Origin: Camelus ferus
Lineage: Eukaryota
Direction: 5' to 3'
DNA length: 64,000 bases
Assembly: GCF_009834535.1 (NCBI RefSeq)
Contig: NC_045696.1
Location: forward strand, 95,978,001-96,042,000
Part shown: positions 38,596-51,841 of the stretch, in pieces
Numbering within the stretch: position 1 is the stretch's first letter
Layout of the letters: the number at the start of each line of letters is the position of its first letter
Notes under the pieces: model-generated
Told to the model about the DNA's origin: nothing
Database searches by the model: none
Seen by the model: only the letters and a program-made list of their open reading frames with translations
Program-made: the position numbers and the translations under genes

Positions 38596-41500
38596 TAATT
38601 CTTTGAAAAATGCCTTGGTATTTTGATAGGGATTGCATTGAATCTGTAGATTGCCTTGAGTAGTATGGTCATTGTAATAATATTTATTCTTCCAATTCAT
38701 GGGAACAGTATATCTTTCCATTTGTTTGTGTCATCTTCAGTTTCATTCATCATTGTCTTATAGTTTTTTAAGTACAGGTATTTTACTTCCTTAGATTTAT
38801 TCCTAGGTATTTTATTCTTTTTGATGTGATTATAAGTGGGGTTGTTTCCTTAATTTCTCTTTCTTCTAGAGCATTATTAGTTTACAGAAACACAACAGAT
38901 TTCTGTATATTAATTTTGTATCTTGCAACTTTACCCAAGTCATGAATAAATTCTAATAGTTTTTTGGTGGCATCTTTAGGATTTGCTATGTATAGTACCA
39001 TGTCACTTGCAAACAGTGACAGTTTTACTTCTTCCTTTCCAGTTTGAATTCCTATTATTTTTTTCTTGTCTGATTTCTGTGACTAGGACTTCCAATACTG
39101 TGTTGAATGAAAGTGATGAAACAGAACATCCTTGTCTTATTTCTGATCTTAGAGGAAAAGCTTTCAGCTTTTCACCATTGAGTATGGTGACAGCCTGGGC
39201 TTGTCAAATTGGCCTTTATTGTGTTGAAGTATGTTCCCCCTATACCCACTTTGTTGAAAGTTTTTGTCATAAATGGATGTTGAATTTTGTCAAAAGCTTT
39301 TTCTGCGTCTATTGAGATGATCATATGGTTTTATTATTCATTTTGTTGATGTGGTGTATCAATCACATTGATAGAATTACAGATACTGAAACAGCCTTGC
39401 ATCCCTGGGATAAATTCCACTTGATCATGGTGTATGATCCTTTTGATGTATTGCTAAATTTGGTATGCTAATATTTTGTTGAGGATTTTTACATACATGT
39501 TCATTAGATGATGGCCTGTAATTGTGTGTGTGTGTGTATGAGTGAGTGTGAGTGTGTGAGAGATATCTGTCTGGTTTTGGTATCAGGGTGATGCTAGTGT
39601 CATAGAATGAGTTCAGAAGCATTCCATTCTCTGCAATTGGAATAGTTTGATAAGGATAGATGTGGATAGGTGTTAGCTCTTCTCTAACTGTTTGATAGAA
39701 TTCACCTGTAAAGCCATCTGGTTCTAGGCTTTTGTTTTGGGGGTGGTTAAAATATTTCTTAATTTCATTACTGGTAATTAGTCTCTTCAAATTTTCTATT
39801 TCTTCCTGGTTCAGTCTTGGGATATTGTATATTTTTAGGAATTGACCATTTCTTCTAGGTTGCCGTTTTCATTGGTGTGTAATTGTTTGAATAAATCTTA
39901 TGATCTTCTGTATATCTGTGGTGTTGGTTGTAACTTCTTTGTCATTTCCAGTTTTACTGATTTGGGTCTTTTTTTCTTGATGAATCTAGCTAAAGTTTTA
40001 TCAATTTTATCTTTTCAAAGAACCAGCTCTTTAGTTTCATTGATCTTTTCTGTTTTTATGAAATAAAAATAGTCTCTTTTTCATTTATTTCTGCTCTGTC
40101 CTTTATTATTTCTTTCTTTCTAGTAACTTTCAGTTTTGCTTGTCCATCTTTTTCTCATTCTTTTAGGTGTAAGGTTAGGTTGTTTGAGATTTTTCTTGTT
40201 TCCTGAGGTAGGCTTCTATTGCTGTGAACTTCCCTCTCAGAACTGCTTTTGCTGCATCTCATAGATTTCAGATTGTAGTGTTTTTGTTTGTATTTGTCTC
40301 CAGTTATTTTTTAAAATTTCTTCAGTGATCCATCGGTTGTTTAGTAGCATATTGTTTAGCCTCCACATGTTAGTGTTTTTCATAATTTTTTTTTTCTCTT
40401 ATACTTGAATTCTAGTCTCATGGCCTTGTGGTCAGAAAAAAATGCTTGATATGATTTTGGTCTTAAGTTTACTGAGACTTGGCTTGTGACCTAGCATGAC
40501 ATCTATCCTGGAGAATGTTCCATGTGAACTTGAAAAGAATGTGTATTCTGCTGCTTTTGGATGGAATGTTGTGTATATATTATGTGTATTTGGTCTAATG
40601 TGTTGTTTAAGGACAGTGTTTCCTTATTGATTTTCTGTCTGATCTTTCCATTGATGTTAGTCAGGTGTTGATGTCCCCTATTATTATTGTGTTACTGTCA
40701 ATTTTTACATGTCTGTAATAATTACTTTCTGTGTTTAGATGCTCCTATGTTGGGCGTATATATTTACAGTTGTTGAATCTTCTTTTTGTTTGATTGCTCG
40801 ATCATTATGCAATGTCCTTCCTTGTCTCTTGTTACAGTCTTCTTTTAAAGTAAATTTTGTCTGGTATAAATATTGCTACCCAGACTTTCATTTCATTTCC
40901 ACTTGAATGGAAGAACTTTTTCCATTCTCTCACTTTCAGTCTTTTGATTGGAGCATTTAGTCCATTTATATTTAAAGTAATTATTGATAAGTATTCACTT
41001 AATCTCATTTTATTAATTGTTTTTTGGAGTTGTTTTTGCAGTTCTTTGTTTTTTCTTCTTTTGCTCCCTTCGCTTGTGATTTGATGACCGTATTTAGTGT
41101 TATGTTTGGATTTTTTCTCTTTTCTGTGTGTATATATATATTACAGATTTTTGGTTTCTGGTTACCTTGGGATTTATATACAGCAATCTCCATATATACA
41201 TGACTAAGGGATAAGTTGCTTATCCCTTAAGTTCAAACTTTTTTTTTTTTAACAACCCTGAATTTTTACTCCCCCGAACCAGCGTTTACTATGTTTGACA
41301 TCATATTTTATGTCTTTTTACTTTGTGTATCCCTGAACTACTTACTGTGGGTATGGATGATTTTACTCCTTTTGTCTTTTAATCTTCCTACTAGCTTTAT
41401 AGCTGGTTGATTTACTATCTTTATTGTATATTTGCCTTTACCAATGAGATTTTTACTTTCATAAGTTTCGTGTTTCTAGCTGTGGCCTTTCCTTTGCCTC

Positions 41501-44405
41501 TTAGACAAGTCCTTTTAACATTTTTTGTAAAGCTGGTTTTATAGTGCTGAACTCTTTTAGTTTTTGGATGTCTGTAGAACTTTTGATCTTTCCTTCAAAT
41601 TTGAAGGAAGCGTGACTTGGTAGATTATTCATGGTTGTAGATTTTCCTCTTTCATCACTTTAAATATATCAGGCCACTCCCTTCTGACTTGCAGTTTCTG
41701 CTGGCAAGTCAGTTGATTGCCTAATGGGAGTTCCCTTGTATGTAACTTACTGCTTTTCCCTAACTGCTTTTAATGTTTTCTCTTTATCTATAATTTTTGC
41801 CATTTTAATTACAGTGTTCTTGGTGTCATCCTCTTTGGATTGATCCTGTTTGTGACTCTCCGTGCTTCGGACCTGGATGTCTGTTTCCTTTCCCAGGTTA
41901 GGGAAGTTTATTATGTCTTCAAATAATTTCTCTGCCCCTTTGTCTCTTCTTTTTCTAGGGCCCCTATAATACAAATGATAGTATGCTTGATACTGTTTTA
42001 GAGGTCTATTAAACTGTCCTCTTTTCCTTTTATTCTTTTTTCTGGTCCGTTTCAGTAATTTCCAATGAAAGTCTGCCCTTTAGTTTGCTTACCCATTCCT
42101 CTTTATCATCAAATCTACTGTTGATTCCTTCTTGTTTGTTTGTTTGTTTGTTTTCAATTTCAGTTATTGTATTCTTCAGCTCTGTTTGGTTCTTTATGTT
42201 TTCTAACTCTTCGTTAAAATTCTCATCGTGTTCGTCCATTCTTCTCAGTTCTTTGAGCATTTGATGATCGTTACCTTGAATTCTTTATTGGGCAGATTTC
42301 TTATCTATACTTCACTTAGTTCCTCTGAGAATTTCTCTATTTCCTTCATTAGAAACATACTCCTCTATTGACTCATTTTGCCTAATTCACCATTTTTATT
42401 TCTATGTGGTCAGTTGGTTGGTTACATTTTCCAATCTTGGAGAAGTGACCATTTGTTGGAGATGTCCTATGTGTCCCAGCAGTGCACCCATCTCTAGTCA
42501 CCAGAGCTATAGGGGTATCCCCTGTGTGGGCGGCATGGGTCCTTCTATTGTAGGTGGCTGACTACCGTGGGCAGTCCAGTAGGTGTGGCTGCCTCCACTC
42601 CAGTTGGTTTCCATACCCTGCCTTGTGCAGAGGCTACTGACCACTGATTGGTGGAGCTGGGTCATAAGGCAGCTGGTTGTAGAACCACTTGGGGTTCTGA
42701 GATTCTTGCTGGCTTGCTGGTGGGCAGAGCCAAGTCCTAGGGTTGGTGGTTTTACAACCACCAGGGGTCCTGAATCTATTGTTGCCTGCAGGTGGGCAGG
42801 GTGGGTTCCTGACATGGCTGGCTGCATGGTCTGAGCTGTCCCAAATCTGGTTGGTTGGATGTTGAGTTGGGCTGAATCTTAGAGTGGCTGGCTGATGATC
42901 CCAAGATGTCTCAGAGCTGGTGTCAGCCTGATGGTGGGTGGGTCTGAGTCCTGGGGCTAGTGCTGGTCCTCTGGTGGGTGAAACTGGATCCTGGGGACTT
43001 TGGCTTCAGGGCCTATGAGTCTAGGACTGGTATTGAGCCACAACTGGGTGGGAATGAGGTGCAGGGGGTGCTGGCTTACTGATGGGTAAAGCCAGGTCCC
43101 AGTGTTCCTAGTGCAGGGACCTAGGGGTCTCAGAGTCTGTATCTGCCCCCTGATAGGCAAAGCTTGTCCCAGGTCTAGTGCCAGTCCCCTGGTGGATGGA
43201 CCTCAGTCCCATGGTTTCCAACTGCAGGGCCTTGGAGGTCCTGGGGCTAGTGCTGGCCCACTGTTGGGTGAAGCTGGATTCTAGGGCCTCTGGATGCAGG
43301 CTCCTGGGGGTTCCAGAGTTGGTTTTGGCCCACTAGTGAGTGGGGTCAAATTCCAGGGGGTCCCTGGGCTAGTGCCAGCTCACTAGTGAGTGAAACTGGA
43401 TCCCATAATCTCTGGTTACAGGGCCCTCGGGGTCCTGGAGCTGGTGTTAGCCTGCTGGTAAGTGGGTTGTTTCCTGACATGGCTGGCTGCAGGGTGTCCT
43501 AAAGCTAGGGTCAGCCCACTGATGGGTGGGGACAGATCCTTGAGCAGCTGGCTGAGGGGCTCATGGTGTCCCAAACGTGGTGCTATCCTGCTGTTGGGTG
43601 AGGCCAGAGCCCAGGTGGTCCTGTGGCTAGTGCTGGTGCCCTGGTTGGCAGGGCTGGGTTCTGGGCCCTCTGTGGTTGGGGCCACATCCTGGTAGTGGCT
43701 GGGGGCTCAGAGAGTCCTGAAGTAGCTGGCCTGCTCACCAGCAGATGAGGCTGTGTCCCTGCCTGCCTAACTGCTTGGCCTGAGGCATCCAAGTACTGGT
43801 GCTGACACTGGTGGGTGGGGCCAGGTCCTGCTGCTAATAAGTTAAAGAGAAAGCTCCAAAATGGTGCTGTCAGCGTCTGTGTCCCCCAGGGTGAGCTCCA
43901 TTTGCTTCCTGCTTCTCCAGGAGACTCTCCAAGATCAGCAAATGGGTCTGACTCAAGCTTCTTTCAAGTTATTGCTTATTCCCTGGGCCTCAGATTGTGT
44001 GAGATATTTTGCTTGTGCCCTTTAAGAGTGGAGTTTCTTATAGCCCTCTGGCTCTCCCAAAAGTAAGCCCTGCTGGCCTTCAAAGCCCAACATTCTGGTG
44101 CTCATCTTTCTGGTGCAGGACACCCCAGGATGGACCCCTCATTCCTTGGGGAGAACCTCTGCAATTGTAATTATCCTCCCATTGGTGGGTCACCCACCTG
44201 GGGGTAGTTTTGACTATGCTGTCTCTCTGTAGTCCTCCTACCCATCTTGTTCTTTCTTTATATCTTTAGTTGTAGAGGGTCATTTCTGCTAGTGTTCAGA
44301 TCTTTCCCATCAATAGTTGCTCTGTAAATTGTTGTGATTTTTGCTGTACCAGTGAGAAGAGGTGAGCTCAGGGTCTCCCTACTCCACCATCTTGGCCATT
44401 CCACT
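38596..44405 (-). mobile_element. LINE-1 5' two-thirds: 5' ORF2, ORF1 and long GC-rich repetitive 5'UTR
   Basis: [15 protein letters not shown] (39425-39790) and ORF1 NFPNLGKETDIQV...IKMAKIIDKEKTLKAVREKQ (41747-41974). 5' end ctactccaccatcttggcc at ~44380-44398. Confidence 0.9.
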
Positions 44406-46193
44406 GAACAGGTATTGTTTTTAAAAACCAAAGCAACAATAAACATATGGCCACAATAACATGTGACCATTTAGGTGCGTACTCCTGTATAGGTAAGTGT
44501 GATAAAGGTAATCATTTCATTTATCATGTTCTTTTCATTAGATTATTAACTCCTCAAAGCAAAGACTGCTTCTGCATGATGTAACTCTTTCTGTAGAGTG
44601 CACAGTGCATGGTATAGACTAGAAATGTCACTGTTGCAGGTAACGATGGCATTGAAGAGGAACATGCAAATTACATTCCACATAATAATTATAGGTTAAT
44701 GGACCTGTTTTCAGACTCTGAAATCACTCCATAAATGTGTATTCCTTATTCCCTGACATTGTTAGAAAATGACATATTTACAAGCTAATATTTAGAGTTC
44801 TCAAATCCCTATAAAACCTCTTGTTCCTAACAAGAAGAGGTCTGTTCTGTGTTTTTACTTTAACGGAGGATATATTTAACCACTGTGCTAACTGGTGAAT
44901 TTTTCTGTATACATATCCATAAAATTAGCCAGAAATTTCCTATACTATATTATGTTTATTAAGTGGAGAATTTAGCTTTACATAGTGAGTATTCAGTAGA
45001 CTACTCAGACTTACATTCCTTGGATGGACAGGGTTAAAACTTTAAAAGAGTAGAAAATAAAATTAATTAAAAGACATTTAAAACTTTGTTTTCATATTAA
45101 CTAGAAAAACAACTGGTTTTAATATATGTAGGAGTCTCTCAGTTCCCAACCATTTTCCTTATCAAGACTTGCAGTGAATCTATCCCAATTTATGAATAAC
45201 CAACACCCTACTTTCCTCCAGTATTGTATTTAATTTTTATACAGGAAAGAAAAAGTTCATCTGTGTTAAGTCTTTTAACTTTCGCTCTTTTAACTCTTGC
45301 AACTGCTGCAACTGGAATTTCTTTGGACTACATGATGTGAAAAAGTCTTGCTGCTTTGTATTTGTAGACATGACTTTCCTAACTTAAACCAGATTTTGTA
45401 CAAAAATAAGACTTTATTTATTAAATTTTAAAGTATTTACCTGAGAGCTCAGGTGTTGGGAGAACATAGCAAATCAAATTCTTGACTGTTTGATTAGCCT
45501 TACTCTTGATATTTTTGGTTTAGGCTAATGTTCCCTAAGCATATAGCAATTTAATTTAATATGAAAGGGCTGTATTTTATCTCATCCAAAGCTGTCTCTA
45601 TGACTTCATCCTATCGCTTAAACTTTTCCTCTCATATCACAGTCTTTCTAAGTGCCTAAGGATGGGCCTTGGCTGTCCTTTTATCTCTTTGGATTTGTCC
45701 TTCTTTTCAAATACAAAATGATTTACTCTTATAGGACATTGGAATTTGATTACGTCTTCTCATAATGGTTAGAAGTAAATTCTCTCTTTCCTAGATACAG
45801 AATTCTAAGAAGAAGAAAAGGGTTATTTATTTGTAGAGTGCAGTTTAAAATTATCCATCTAGTTAGGCATCCTTTAAGCACTATGTCAGAATCTTGACAA
45901 TGCTGGAATATGTCACTGTTGTATTCTGGCAAGATTATCACAGAATACTGCACTAAGAAACTCCAAATTATAAAACAGCTATGATCCATCCAGAAAGTGA
46001 CTTTTGAATGCTGAAGATAAATCTCTTAAAGCATATTTGGCCATTTAACTGTAGATTTTGAAGTAAGAGAAATCCCTTAAACTCTTCCTTTTTGTATTTG
46101 ATATGTTAGATCACAGTTTAATGTGACACTAAATTCCAGTGTCCAGATCATGTCTTTACTACAAAGGACCCAGTGGGAATGCTTAGCTCTAAA

Positions 46194-46528
46194 GCAGAAG
46201 GAGGCAAAGTATGACCAAATTCAGCCCACTGCCTGTTTTTATATGATGTATGACCTAGGAATGTTTTTTATATTTTTAAATAATCAAAAACAAAATCAAA
46301 AGAATAATAATACTTTGTGATATGTTAAAATGATATGGAATCCAAATTTCAGTGGTTATAAACACGATTTTGTTGGAAAACAGCCATGCTCTCCCATTTG
46401 CATATTGTCTGTGGTTGCTTTCACTACAGTGACAGGATTGCGTACTTGTGACAGAGACCCTGTAACCCATGAAGCCTGGCATAGTCACTGTCTTGCCCTT
46501 CTCAGAAAAAAGTTTCCTGACCTGCTCT
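46194..46528. mobile_element. MER58B-like hAT-Charlie element
   Basis: ccaaattcagcccactgcctgtttttat ... gacagagacc ... cagaaaaaagtttcctgacc. Confidence 0.7.
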
Positions 46529-49500
46529 GAAGCCATAGACTTTCTTTTGCATTGTTCCATGGCTGTTCTCAGAGTGTGTTAATTAAAACCTCTACTGAGA
46601 AAAGTGAAAAAACAGAGTAGCTTCTCTGTGATGATTGTGGTCTTTGGAATTGTTTTTATTGAATCTTTCCACATCAACCTTTGTTCTTTCACAATTTCCT
46701 CACATGTCTGTAGCTTATTCCAAAAGAAGAATGTCTAATTTATTTTACAACTATGTTCAGTGACTTAAAAGGAAGTTTTCCTTTTTATTCTTCATTATTT
46801 TGTGTGTGTGAATTACAATGCATGTAAAACAAATCCTAAAAATCCAAGATACCCTACCCCTAAAAAATTCCTTCACTTACCCTATCTGTGCTGAATTCTG
46901 TAAACTATTTGAAAAAGCAGTCATACATATATATGGCTTTACTACTTTTCCCTATCATCAGAGAGACTGCATCTGGAAACTACTGCATTTGATTTCAATG
47001 AAGAAAGGGCAAAGTTCTAATAAAACACAGAATTAAGTCAAAGACTTAAACTGAGATGAGAGTAGTAGGGAGAGATAAGAATGTAAGTAGTAGTGTAGTT
47101 GTTGGCTTTAAAAACTAGTTTTTTAAGGCATCATCTGACAAGGACATCATTCTCTAAAAATCATCCCCTCCAGAATTCCTACCACATGTGTTAGGACAAC
47201 AAAAGAATCCTACTCCAAAACTCAGTACCTCAGAATACCTCAGTGATAGGGAAAGCTTCATACTGTGGCCAATGGCTTAACCAGACACTGTGTATGTTTC
47301 ACCCATAATAATGGTTTTGGATTCCTCACTCCTCTTCCCAGTGGCTGACCTCAGAAACCACATTGAGGTTTTTTCTCCTCGAAGATCAACTTCTAGGATG
47401 GCTAGAAGGGTTGACTATAGTGCACTTGAGATTTCCCCATATGCTAGTCCACTCTCTACTGGCTCTTAGAAAATGCTCATGAAATTCTACCAACATTGCA
47501 TCACTAACCTGCATGGTACCACCTCATCCCTTCTTCACACATTGGACGTTCATCTTTAGACAACCTCTGAGACTTCAGCTCATAGGGCTGGGAAGGATTT
47601 CCAGATCTCTTAGATGTATCTCCTGCCCATGCTTAAGAAATCATGATGAATTCTGCAAATGTGCACCAATAATGGCCTTTGATGACCTATTAGAAAAGCA
47701 ACAAGTAGCCATGGACGGTGACCAGTGCATGGTGTTAAAGTCAGTTAGGCTACCCTTTAGATAATCTGTTTTTTTAACTCTTGACAGTTGTGGATACTTA
47801 GTCATAGTGCTGCTTCTGGTTCGGTGTTCTCTCGCATCTGTCTCTGTGGGGTTCTCACTTTTTCTGCTTCAGCCTTTGTTTTCCCAGGATCCTTGGAAGT
47901 CCTTGACCAAAAATGTGAGATTCATGTATCATTTCTCTTTTACTTCTGCTTTCTTTTCCATATACATTCATGACATTTCTGATTCCTAAACACTTCTTCA
48001 TATCTAATAACTTTATCCTCAAAACCACTACTTTAATTTGTCATTTTGAGGTTGTACTTTTCAGTGGCCTCCTAATTAGTTTTCTATTTCCTAAGGGCAC
48101 TTATCACTTGCCCCAGCCGGCTGTAACTTCATAAATGGAGTGGCCAGGATTTTGGGTCTACTTTATTGCTGGTGGAATCACTAAGCGGGTGACTTGATTG
48201 GTTAACTGACTAATTTAATATGGGAGCTAGTAACAATTGGGCCTAATTAACAATTGTGTAACAATTTTGGCATTTATGTGTTGAGATTCATATGAATGAA
48301 TTTTAACATCCATGGGTTATTAAGATTGTCAGGTTACGTATGATACAAAAGCTTAGGCTTGGTTTGTTGGTGTTCCTTGCTCTGATTTGGGGGTGATAGG
48401 CAAATGGCACAATTGATATGTTAAGGATGAGGAATAAATACCAGAAGGGATAGCAAGCCATGTCAATGACATGGAGATGAGGGGAGACGTAAATTCCCAG
48501 CGGTGATGTAAAAGGTAAAGCAGATGTCTGTTGTCATGTTTACTAGAAAAAATATCAAGCCTGTGAATTTTCTGATACTGTTTAGGGAAAGACTTAGTAA
48601 AAAGGAGAGTGGAGTGATTTCAGGAAAGATATTAGGTAAACTATGGTGAGAGATAATTAAAATGGCAAATTGTCCTGAAGGTGTGGGTGATATACAGCCC
48701 ACACTCCCAGAAGCACAGTTCAGATTAATTCCAAATTCCAAGACCCAGCTGTGAGACCTTGGCAATTCATATGCCTAGTCACCCTCTGCCTTATCTATAA
48801 AATGGAGTTATTATCATTGAATTTTACTTATTTCTTGTAAACATTGAAAGAGTCCCTATTCAAACGTGAAAGTGTTTTGTATACCATAAGAATCTATAGA
48901 AACAAATTGCATTATTAAGTATGGTTAGAAGGGAGAATGGTCAAACTTTAATCCTTGGATATGCTGTGGACCCTCCAAATTTCACAATAGTGTAAATGAC
49001 AGTAGCACTTGGGGAGGCTGGGATAGGTAAGGCTTAAGAACAGGGGCCTTAGAATTTTTAAATTAGTTCAGTATTGTATTTTGGCTCTGAATTCTTTAAT
49101 ATCCTTTATCCTTAGCAGTATCACCTGAAAATGGGTATAAAATTTTAACACCTATCTTATAAGAATATTTCTGAGAAGTAAGCAACATATATAAACCCTC
49201 TGGCACATACATGCTCTAAATATAATAGCAATTATTAGTACCATTATTATTAAATAGGGCAAGTTCAACTAGAGTTAGTCCCATCATGCCTTTCAAGTTT
49301 CTCATAATTCTGGTAGATTAAATGAAAAGTAGAAAATACATGGAGAATGCTGACACAAGGCAGTTGTAGAAATTCCTCCCTTAAAAACTCTTAAGACAAG
49401 CAGACATTCTGAACAAGAGTTCTTTATGAAACGGACAGCAGAAAAAAAAAAAAAAGACCCATGTAACTGTCCCGGGAAAATGAGTATAGCATGCCATGGT

Positions 49501-49879
49501 CACCTTTCTATGATTCACCCTAGCAGGGATCTGGGAGTCCAAACCTTGGTTGGAAATTGACTAAAGAATATGAAGCCATGAGGTTGGTCGCCAAGGAGCT
49601 TAGGAAGAAAAACTATGGATGCTAATAACCCACAAATATGCCATGTTTCCAAAGCAAGCGTCCAAGGTTGGACATCACATGTGAATTTTTAACTTAAAGA
49701 AGCATGTCAGCTTCACAGGACTAAAGACCATGTTCCTAGCACATGTATTTCTAGAGTTCCTTCTGAGCCCCTGATTCTGTAATTCAACCCTGGTAACAGA
49801 CATACTTATTATTAGATATAAATCACTTGAATGATTAGCAGCTGGGTATGGGACATTCCCAGTGTTTGGCTAAGTGAAG

Positions 49880-50132
49880 CAGCTGCAGCTTTGTGATTAA
49901 ATGGTCGGCTGTAGAGCCAGGCTGCCTGGGTTTGAATCAACTGTGGCTTCTCTACTTACAAACTGGCAATGATCTGGGGTGAGTCACTTACCTTTATGTG
50001 CCTAACCTGTAAAATGAAAATGACATAAATAGATTTTTTTGGTGTTTTTGTGAGGTTTAAATGAGTCGGTATTGGTAAAATGCTTATCATAGCATTGTCA
50101 CAGAGTAAACCCTCAATAAATATGAGTTGTTG
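49880..50132 (+). mobile_element. MIR SINE (further MIR relics near 10730-10960, 22430-22620, 48690-48900, 54290-54520)
   Basis: ctgcctgggtttgaatc ... gtcacttacc ... ctgtaaaatg ... ctcaataaat core. Confidence 0.75.
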
Positions 50133-50164
50133 TCCTTATAAGAAATTATTTCCTTAAATCATTA

Positions 50165-50346
50165 ATTCCCAAAATTTAGCTGACATGGGAATCATGTGGC
50201 AGGCTTGATAACACATAGACCCCAGCCCCCTCCCTGCAGTTTCTGATTCTGTGGCTCAGGGATGGAGCCTGAGAACTTGTATTTTTCACAAGGTCCAGGA
50301 TAGGGCTGATGTTGCTGGTCCCAGAACCACACGCTGAGAATCACTA
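50165..50346. mobile_element. MER5A-like hAT MITE
   Basis: gtttctgattc...gcctgagaacttgtatttt...gctgatgttgctggtcc...accacacgctgagaatcact. Confidence 0.7.
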
Positions 50347-50859
50347 CCCAGAAACATTCATTTCAAATTCTCATCAAAAGTTTAAATACAGTGTAACTAG
50401 ATAAAGTGGAAAAGGTCATTTTAGTTACTTAAATTCAGTGTTTATGAGTCAAAATATTGGGAGCCATGCCTACAACTGCAGGAGCTATTAAATGAAGTCT
50501 GAGTTGCAGGATGAGGCGATTCCAGAAACTATCTTTATGGATAGTGGGGGTGGAGGTAAAAAGGGAGGACACAACTCAAACAGAAAAAAATCATATTTAA
50601 GTCCAGTGCTCTAGTAATTCCCTTTCATAAGAGAGGCTGCTGTACCTGGGTCAAACAGAAAATTCAAACTGCAGTATAATCCTAGGTTATCGTCGCTAGC
50701 TCTCAGCCATAAAGCGGAACTTTGGGGAACCTCAGGACCGAGGACAGCCCATGGTGATTAAAGCAAATCCTTAAACCGAAAGGTTTCCCCACCATCTGTC
50801 AGTAGGTGGAGGAGATCAAAGCTGGCGTGAAGGTGCCATCACTGATACTGCCCTGCCCA

Positions 50860-51320
50860 TGAGCCGGGACATACCAGAAAAGTCCCGGGAATTAGAGAAA
50901 GAAGAGGAAATGAGACGGAAAGCGAGCAGGCATCTGCTCGCTCTCAGAAATAAAGAAGAGCCTGGTGTCTATTATCCGTGTGCGGTGGAGCCCCGGCGGC
51001 GTCCCCAGACACACAAGTCAACGTCACCCCGCCCCGCCTCCCCTCCCTCGGCTCTGTACCGTCCCTGCGCCCCCGCAGCTGAACGCGGGGCACCGCCGGC
51101 GGCTAGAGCTCATTGGTCACCTGGGCGAAGAGGTGAGCGGCTCTGCCAATCCTTTCCGGGGAAGGGAACAGGACGGATACCCGAGCAGGGGCGCAGGGGC
51201 GCAGTGGCGAGGGGCTTGGCGTGGGAATGCAGCTAGTCCTGACGCCCGAGCTGGGCAGGGTGTGCAGGGGGTGAAGGTCGGCTGGGGGTGGGGCGATGCG
51301 CCGAAGAGGGAGAGGGACTA
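50860..51320 (+). promoter_or_regulatory. IGSF10: CpG island / IGSF10 promoter
   Basis: The most CpG-dense GC-rich segment of the window, ~2.3 kb upstream of the ATG. CRE-like ACGTCA at 51021-51026 abuts the GC box CCCCGCCCC at 51027-51035. No TATA box seen. Confidence 0.85.
51040..51132 (+). other. IGSF10: Probable non-coding first exon of IGSF10 (start approximate)
   Basis: Strong donor GAG|GTGAGC at 51133 inside the CpG island, just downstream of the GC boxes. The transcription start is not determinable from sequence. Confidence 0.55.
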
Positions 51321-51766
51321 AAAGCAAAAAGAAAGTCACTTCTTCAGTGACTGATGCTGGGCAAAAGACACACTCTGAGCAAAGATTTATCAGTAGGAAG
51401 AAACCCTTATAGAAGGCGTCTATGACAGATTTGCCCAAAAGGTCTAAGTGGGGAGAAACTCCTGCGACTTGGGCGCAAAATAAGTGATATTAATAGTTAT
51501 ATTTAAATGACAATTTTAAGGGGGAATTAAAGCACACTGTTGAGGCAGAAGAAAGGACATTTTAAAACCTCCGCTTTGCTTTTTGTTTCTGTAACAACAA
51601 AAGCAATCGTATAGAGGAACACATCTGATTAATGCGAGTCTGGGTTATGTACACTGCAGATGTGGAAGTCCATCCAGGTCTCTCTCCAAAGTATTACTCC
51701 TGAGCTGCAAGCCAGAAGACCACGCTATTTGCTCACTTTGGGAGCAGAGAACCTTTCCTTACTCAG

Positions 51767-51841
51767 GTTTGGATACAGTTTTCCATTTCCTGGGAAGATT
51801 TGCAGTCTCTGAGGATTCAGGACCAGGAAAGAAGAGCTCAG
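51767..51841 (+). other. IGSF10: Probable 75-nt 5'UTR exon of IGSF10
   Basis: Acceptor cctttccttactcAG ends 51766; donor CAG|GTAATG at 51842. No ATG inside. Splicing to 53369 gives CAG-G-ATG with A at -3. Confidence 0.55.

Noticed and set aside
522..44470. Numerous 60-156 aa ORFs, some hydrophobic like membrane proteins
   Set aside because: They are broken L1 ORF1/ORF2 remnants or antisense T-rich frames of L1. No intact retrotransposon ORF is present.
50859..51438. Overlapping 111-125 aa ORFs at the promoter
   Set aside because: Low-complexity Arg/Pro/Gly-rich frames typical of stop-poor CpG islands; no recognisable domain.
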